Source: Candidatus Delongbacteria bacterium
GTDB lineage: Bacteria; UBA4055
Direction of reading: 5' to 3'
NCBI GenBank assembly: GCA_016937995.1
Contig: JAFGVM010000008.1
Location: forward strand, 1 to 52,251
DNA: 52,251 bases
Positions 47,801 to 52,251 of this stretch are shown one piece after another. Numbering within the stretch: the first letter of the stretch is position 1; each line of letters begins with the position of its first letter. The notes under the pieces are model-generated. The model made no database searches and was not told the origin of the DNA. It saw only the letters and a list, made by a program, of their open reading frames with translations. The position numbers and the translations under genes are program-made.

Positions 47801-48308
47801 CACTGAAAGCATGAAATCAACTTCATCTGAGATATTAAATGCGAAAGCGAAGGTTAAAGAAGTTTACGGAAGTGTTGAAAGTAAAATTGATACCAAAGGA
47901 ATGACAAACTATAACATCTACAGGAACGGATCATTACTGGGTACTTCAGCACTTACGACTTATACTGACCTTAATCCAGTTGCGGGTGACAACACTTACT
48001 ACGTAACAGCAGCTTACACTAACCCTGTTGGGGAATCAGCTGGAACTAACTCTGTTGTCATTAATGTAACCGGTGGACCTGTAATTCCGGAAGTTCCTGC
48101 AAATGTCGTTACAAGTATTGTAGGTTCTAACTTGGTAATAGATTGGGATGTATCCGCTGATGCAACAGGATATGATGTTTACTCATCAGATGATCCTTAC
48201 GGAACATTTACATTTACTGCTTCTGTAGGTACAAATCAGTATACCGTTGCAGCAAGCCAGGCGAAACTGTTCTATTACATTATTGCAACAAACACCACAA
48301 AGAAATAG
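44805..48308 (+). CDS. Secreted C10-family (streptopain-like) cysteine protease with prodomain, FN3-like and cleaved-adhesin-like domains and the shared C-terminal domain
   Basis: Signal peptide; prodomain GFVIVSADD...ILGYS; WGQGWP, catalytic VGCVATAM, GGHAFILDGY, HFNWGW. FN3-like VTLTWTAP..GYKIFR; adhesin-like FTEDWE...WLFSP...IAF...IDDI. Confidence 0.9.
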   Translation: MKKFLVAVLVISAMLSAAFVDQTRAKKVAENYYKNYAPASAKGNTVQKVAEKLYNGQVTWYAVSFDQGFVIVSADDAVRSILGYSYDGEITEDLYNMQNPFINRFDAYDKQIVEVRETGYVDNDAQTEWKNIENNIFPKASKAIVVDALVESRWGQGWPMNTLCPLDGGVETAVGCVATAMHQIMRFHRAPLNGISSHSYFWTGSSSSGTLAVTFSDYSYDYDLMPLTTSSVTQAELDELSKLSYHCGVSVDMDYDIFANGGSGAYSTDVVYALETYFGFSTDATYISVNTPTDPTVQATNIQTDLDNSRPIYWSGSGVDGGHAFILDGYTNDYWYHFNWGWNGSSDGWFQLTSLNPNSDFTSSQAAVFHIWSNESEYAEWPAPSNLGGSIANGEDVTLTWTAPAGTKLATLTGYKIFRGGVQIATTNASTTTYLDADLSAGYYNYLVKATYSGPDGESHISNNYYAAIVPDENYPIPLYVEATVAPFTRQDVDLVWTKPFTLPVYFTEDWETTSFETDWLTRRTTSVYGGNNDNFQDGTPADPNWFHEDGSGLGVEYIHSGSWSAAIGYTAPDFTWLFSPFIDIGANSELRYWVWCTGNAGSGWLTNYYINLYNGDMTERNPSGNVYNVAQYIGIDEVSGQQYETEVVVDLSAYTGSYRIAFVYDYTDGFQMAIDDIMVAAASKRAPAVNPNASHEVPERIAVSSISPDTSDLPAMKVTKAAKGDEPTSYDIYRNGSFVENVAVTGASEVYSDIGFVDGNNEYFVKALYPTGTSIASARSTAFMDANPKPDYLTGILNGSNDVDLSWYKPYSNPPMWYTYAPEFDSAWDFIDGYETRLNRTRFLSDLGYFYPCTVDSIAAAFYEYTDDPWLSDQFTFKVYTTDGAGADSLIWGPSPAQTATSGFFNTLVVPSLYMVKGWWVEIDPADNTKGHPAIMVDIHDEAGASTSSSTYLNDGATVDGWYSISFGDEGYPGDWMIMSYITSATAPDVTKSGWVGITESMKSTSSEILNAKAKVKEVYGSVESKIDTKGMTNYNIYRNGSLLGTSALTTYTDLNPVAGDNTYYVTAAYTNPVGESAGTNSVVINVTGGPVIPEVPANVVTSIVGSNLVIDWDVSADATGYDVYSSDDPYGTFTFTASVGTNQYTVAASQAKLFYYIIATNTTKK

Positions 48309-48379
48309 CTAAGACCTAACATGATTGTGATGCAATTATGAAGACGATAACTTTATCTTGGTAGTGCAATCATATCTCA

Positions 48380-48420
48380 CATGCAAGAACCCTGTTCTGG
48401 GGTTCTTGCATGATTTTATT
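48380..48420 (+). terminator. Intrinsic terminator after the first C10 gene
   Basis: CATGCAAGAACCC-TGTTCTG-GGGTTCTTGCATG followed by ATTTTATT. Confidence 0.8.
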
Positions 48421-48452
48421 TTGAAAAAATCACCTTCAATTAAATTTAAAAC

Positions 48453-48585
48453 TTGACAACACCTCATTTTATTTTGTATTTTTACTTCGCCTATTAAACC
48501 AAGAACATGGTAGATCTGCAAGGAATTATCATGGCGTATCGCATACTGGAAGTAAAAAAACTTAAACTAATCATGAGGAGGATTC
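48453..48585 (+). promoter_or_regulatory. Promoter plus conserved structured 5' leader, copy 2
   Basis: TTGACA-N18-TATTTT, then from 48489 GCCTATTAAACCAAGAAC; stem CATGGTAG/TTATCATG; GCG-TAT-CGC; same RBS block as copy 1. Confidence 0.62.
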
Positions 48586-51500
48586 ATGAAAAGATTCCTT
48601 ATTGTAGTGCTAGTAATTTCTGCAATGTTGTCAGCTGCATTCGTTGATCAAGACGGTGCAAAACAAGTGGCAGAGAATTACTATAAAAATTATGCACCGG
48701 TTTCTGCTAAAGGAAACGAGGTGAAAGATATATTTGCTCATAAGTACGAAGGGCAAATAACATGGTACGGTGTTTCATTTGATCAGGGATTCGTTATTGT
48801 AACTGCTGATGATGCATTAAAGCCGATCTTAGGTTATTCATTCGACGGTAAACTTGTAGATCCTGAAGTAAGGGACGGCGGATTTGCTTTCAAAGAGTGG
48901 TTTGGCTATATGGACAAACAAGTTTTAGTAGCAAGAAAATATAACTATGTTGATGCTAAGGCTCAAACTGACTGGAAAGACATTAGAAATAACATCTTCC
49001 CAAGCTCATCAAAACTTACTTATGTTGATGCATTGGTAAAATCACACTGGGATCAGGTCTATCCTTGGAACGACTTATGTCCTGAAAAATCTATCGGTAC
49101 ATGGACTTATGTTGGTTGTGTTGCTACAGCAGCTTCAATGATCATGAGATATCATGAGTGGCCTCCTACAGGAGATGGATCAAATTCTTACTCTTGGGAT
49201 GGTCGTACTCTTTCTGAAACATTCTCAAATTATACATTCGATTACACAGTGATGAACCACGATGTAAACATAGAGTGGGGACTTTATCCTGAGTACTGGG
49301 AAACTATTGATATGGATGCGGCAGCTATTCAAAACCTGGCAGAATTGAACTATCTTGTAGGTCAGTCTTTTGACATGAACTATGGTGATACTGCTGATGG
49401 TGGATCCGGTGCTAATATGAGCACTGCTTCTACTGCGATGAACACTAACTGGAGATATGTATCTACATACAATACTGTTGGAACACCGACAGATCCATCT
49501 TACATTGCTTCAACTATCCAGGCAGAGCTTGATGCTAAGAGACCTTGGTGGTGGGCAGGTGGAGTTCACTCGTTCATCCTTGACGGATATGCAGATGATT
49601 ACTGGTATCACTTCAACTGGGGTTGGGGTGGTTATCAAGATGGTTGGTTCCAGATCACATTCCTAGTTCCTGACGGTGTTGGATCAGGTGGAGGTGACGG
49701 AGACTATACAGCAAGTCAGATAAGAATATCTTTAGTTCCTGATACAAATCCTTTCACTGCTTGGCCGGCACCAACCGGATTCAACGGAACTTTAGTTAAC
49801 GGTGAAGACGTTCAGTTATCATGGAACGCAGCATCAGGTGCTCAAAGCTATAATGTATGGAAAGCAACTGATATGGCCGGAGCAGTACTTCTTGCGAACA
49901 CTGCAAGTACTTCTTACAATGATAACGATCAAGTGACTGGAGAATACTCTTACTTTGTATCTGCAGTTTACAGCGATGGTGAATCTCACCACACAGACTC
50001 ATACTCAGTTCTTATTGAACCATCGGTTAATTTCCCAACAACAAGATCTTTTGCAGCGGTAGCAGATGGAAGAACAAGTGTTGATCTTACCTGGTTAGAA
50101 CCGTTTACTGGATTTACAAATTTCTTAAATGATTTTGAAGGCGGTGTTATACCTGCAGATTGGTTCCAAAAAACAACAACTGCGCTACCTCCTGATTATA
50201 AAGGCAGTTCAGACAATGTAAGTGATCCAAAACCTCCGGATCGTAGCTGGTTTAAAGACGATTTACTTGATGAGATCAGATTGTTAGATGCTACAACTGC
50301 ACCTCATATTGTATTCAGAGGTGAATATGCATGTATCTTTGCTACTTCAGCGACTACTCATCTATGGCTGATGTCTCCTAACTATACTTTCAATTCAGAG
50401 CATTTCTTCAAATTCTGGACAAGATTCAAGTATGGTGATGGTGCAAGTGGAACTCAGCACCAGATATTCAGTGTGGTTTCTTACGCCGGTGATTTTACTG
50501 ACCAGGCAACTCCAACTACTATCACTACGATAGGTACTTGGGACAGTGCAATTGACCCGACCAACGAATGGGAAAGTGAGTGGAATGTAAGTTTAGCTTC
50601 TCTTGCAGGCCAAACAAAGCACGTTGGTATCATGGTTGAGGCAAATGACAATGATTACTATACTTTCACAATTGACGATATTCTTATCGGTTCTAATTCC
50701 GGTGGAATTGCAGATGATCCAACAGGAATAGCGATCTACAGAAACGGTTCTTTAGTGACTACTGAAACCGGAACTGCTACAAGCTGGACCGATACTAACT
50801 TTGTTGATGGTGATAACACTTACTATCTAAGAGCACTTTACCCAACAGGTGAGTCTTTAGCTTCTAAGTGGATCACAGTGAATATGGATGCAAATCCAAA
50901 ACCTGATTATCTTACAGGCGTTCTTAATGGTTCTGATGATGTTGATCTTGCATGGTATATGCCATACGGAACTCCATCACACTGGGCAACATTGATCGCT
51001 CCTGAGAACTGTACAACTACAGTAGATTACCTTGAAGATACTGATTGTGCTAAAAGAAGAGCTGAAATGAAAGCTGAAAACCTAGGTCTTTATTACCCTG
51101 TAACAATTGATTCTATTGCCGGTGGATTCTTTGAGTGGGATGATGATCTATGGGGATCAAACACTACATTTGTTATCAGACTTTGGGATGGACATCCTCT
51201 TACTGGTTATACTACAACTGTAGGTGATAACTTATTGTATGAAAGTGGTGTATTAACCGCGACACCTGGTGAAGTATACGCAGTTGACTGTGGAACTCAT
51301 GTGTTAAATGGAACTTGGAACGTTGAAGTTGAAACATTTGATACAGCAACAGGTCACCCATCCACTTTAGCAGGTCCTTCAACAGGTGGAATTAACTGTT
51401 ACTTCTTCTACACATTAGAAGATTCATATAACTACTATATTTCTTCAGGTCCAGATCCGTTATCTTACTGTTTAATGGCTTACTGTACAGGTGCGGATCC

Positions 51501-52014
51501 AACAGATCCGTTCAAGTCAGCATGGTCATCATCAGATGCAACATATGAGAAGAAACCTGTTATTGACAATTCAGGAAGATTAGTTGGTGATGCAGTTACT
51601 AGCCCTAAAGCAATCGCTCAGTACAACATTTACAGAGAAGGTGTCCAGATTGGTACTTCTGCTACAACCAGTTATACTGATACAAACCCTGTTGCTAACG
51701 TTGACAATACTTACTACGTTAAAGCTGCTTACACTAACCCTGTTGGTGAATCTGCTGCTTCTAACTCTGTAGTAGTTGCCGGCCCTACAGGCGGTTCACC
51801 TGATCCAGATGTTCCTGCTAATGTAGTTACAAGTATAGCAGGTGCTAACTTGGTTATCGACTGGGATGTTTCAGCAAACGCTACAGGATATGATGTTTAT
51901 TCATCAGATGATCCTTATGGAACGTTCACACTAGCAGCTTCTGTTGGTACAAATCAGTATACTGTACCTGCAGCATCAGCTAAGTTATTCTACTACATTG
52001 TTGCAACTAACTAA
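48586..52014 (+). CDS. Second C10-family multidomain cysteine protease (paralog of 44805-48308)
   Basis: Same architecture; WDQVYPWN, VGCVATAA, GVHSFILDGY, HFNWGWGG; near-identical C-terminal domain. Confidence 0.9.
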   Translation: MKRFLIVVLVISAMLSAAFVDQDGAKQVAENYYKNYAPVSAKGNEVKDIFAHKYEGQITWYGVSFDQGFVIVTADDALKPILGYSFDGKLVDPEVRDGGFAFKEWFGYMDKQVLVARKYNYVDAKAQTDWKDIRNNIFPSSSKLTYVDALVKSHWDQVYPWNDLCPEKSIGTWTYVGCVATAASMIMRYHEWPPTGDGSNSYSWDGRTLSETFSNYTFDYTVMNHDVNIEWGLYPEYWETIDMDAAAIQNLAELNYLVGQSFDMNYGDTADGGSGANMSTASTAMNTNWRYVSTYNTVGTPTDPSYIASTIQAELDAKRPWWWAGGVHSFILDGYADDYWYHFNWGWGGYQDGWFQITFLVPDGVGSGGGDGDYTASQIRISLVPDTNPFTAWPAPTGFNGTLVNGEDVQLSWNAASGAQSYNVWKATDMAGAVLLANTASTSYNDNDQVTGEYSYFVSAVYSDGESHHTDSYSVLIEPSVNFPTTRSFAAVADGRTSVDLTWLEPFTGFTNFLNDFEGGVIPADWFQKTTTALPPDYKGSSDNVSDPKPPDRSWFKDDLLDEIRLLDATTAPHIVFRGEYACIFATSATTHLWLMSPNYTFNSEHFFKFWTRFKYGDGASGTQHQIFSVVSYAGDFTDQATPTTITTIGTWDSAIDPTNEWESEWNVSLASLAGQTKHVGIMVEANDNDYYTFTIDDILIGSNSGGIADDPTGIAIYRNGSLVTTETGTATSWTDTNFVDGDNTYYLRALYPTGESLASKWITVNMDANPKPDYLTGVLNGSDDVDLAWYMPYGTPSHWATLIAPENCTTTVDYLEDTDCAKRRAEMKAENLGLYYPVTIDSIAGGFFEWDDDLWGSNTTFVIRLWDGHPLTGYTTTVGDNLLYESGVLTATPGEVYAVDCGTHVLNGTWNVEVETFDTATGHPSTLAGPSTGGINCYFFYTLEDSYNYYISSGPDPLSYCLMAYCTGADPTDPFKSAWSSSDATYEKKPVIDNSGRLVGDAVTSPKAIAQYNIYREGVQIGTSATTSYTDTNPVANVDNTYYVKAAYTNPVGESAASNSVVVAGPTGGSPDPDVPANVVTSIAGANLVIDWDVSANATGYDVYSSDDPYGTFTLAASVGTNQYTVPAASAKLFYYIVATN

Positions 52015-52039
52015 TTTTCAGTGACAACGTAGAGTTATT

Positions 52040-52067
52040 AAAAGACCCCGATCCGGGGTCTTTTTTT
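52040..52067 (+). terminator. Intrinsic terminator after the second C10 gene
   Basis: AAAAGACCCCG-ATC-CGGGGTCTTTTTTT. Confidence 0.88.
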
Positions 52068-52177
52068 ATTCATATTTTACAGTTATTTTTTATTTTACAC
52101 TTGACAAATTTCAACAAAAAACACTTATTTTTCATAATCAAAAAATACTCATGTGTAAAAAATAATCAGGAGGAGAG

Positions 52178-52251
52178 ATGAAAAAAATTATCGTAACTCT
52201 TTTAGTACTCGTAACAATTCTTTCTGCTGCATTCGTTCCACAGGATGTTGC
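52178..52251 (+). CDS. Start of a probable third C10 paralog (truncated by window edge)
   Basis: RBS AGGAGGAG; MKKIIVTLLVLVTILSAAFVPQDVA matches the LSAAFVxQ start of both upstream paralogs; TTGACA at 52101. Confidence 0.75.
   Translation, partial: MKKIIVTLLVLVTILSAAFVPQDV

Noticed and set aside
48330-48375. c-di-GMP-II riboswitch suggested by TAGTGCAA
   Set aside because: It lacks the complementary GCACT pseudoknot partner and the GGAA-start motif, and lies before a terminator and upstream of the next promoter.

Overview
AT-rich bacterial chromosomal window from a diderm; an FCB-superphylum lineage is inferred from the C10 protease polyproteins, the TSP3-OmpA and TAnnTTTG-like promoters. 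The middle is mostly housekeeping: dut, fur-like, purA, secDF, rplU-rpmA, trmL, ompA-family, lpdA, PTS EI/HPr/IIC/IID, gyrA, CHASE2 adenylate cyclase, mnmG-rsmG, dnaK, lgt, glnA and mtaD-like. The left end carries an APC+USP transporter, a divergent His-rich-domain/Cache/PAS/CBS/DUF294 nucleotidyltransferase, and an uncharacterised six-gene operon at 5552-12864. That operon encodes a stand-alone PqqD/RRE protein, an ATP-grasp ligase, a fold-III PLP decarboxylase-like enzyme whose N-terminus looks like an RRE-binding leader peptide (YxxPxI), a urea-transporter/M23-peptidase fusion, a TPR/beta-barrel protein and a secreted TPR protein. It has no visible precursor peptide and is the best candidate for an undescribed system. 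The right end carries a tandem array of secreted streptopain-like (C10) multidomain proteases. They share a ~70-aa C-terminal domain with an unrelated arylsulfotransferase (candidate sorting signal), and two of them have a 5' leader with compensatory base changes (candidate structured RNA). Several intergenic gaps hold ordered cassettes of heptamer repeats, GTAG-REP-like palindromes and a 4-copy GATTGC...GCAATGAC element. I saw no rRNA, tRNA, CRISPR array or transposase. All calls are by eye, without database searches.
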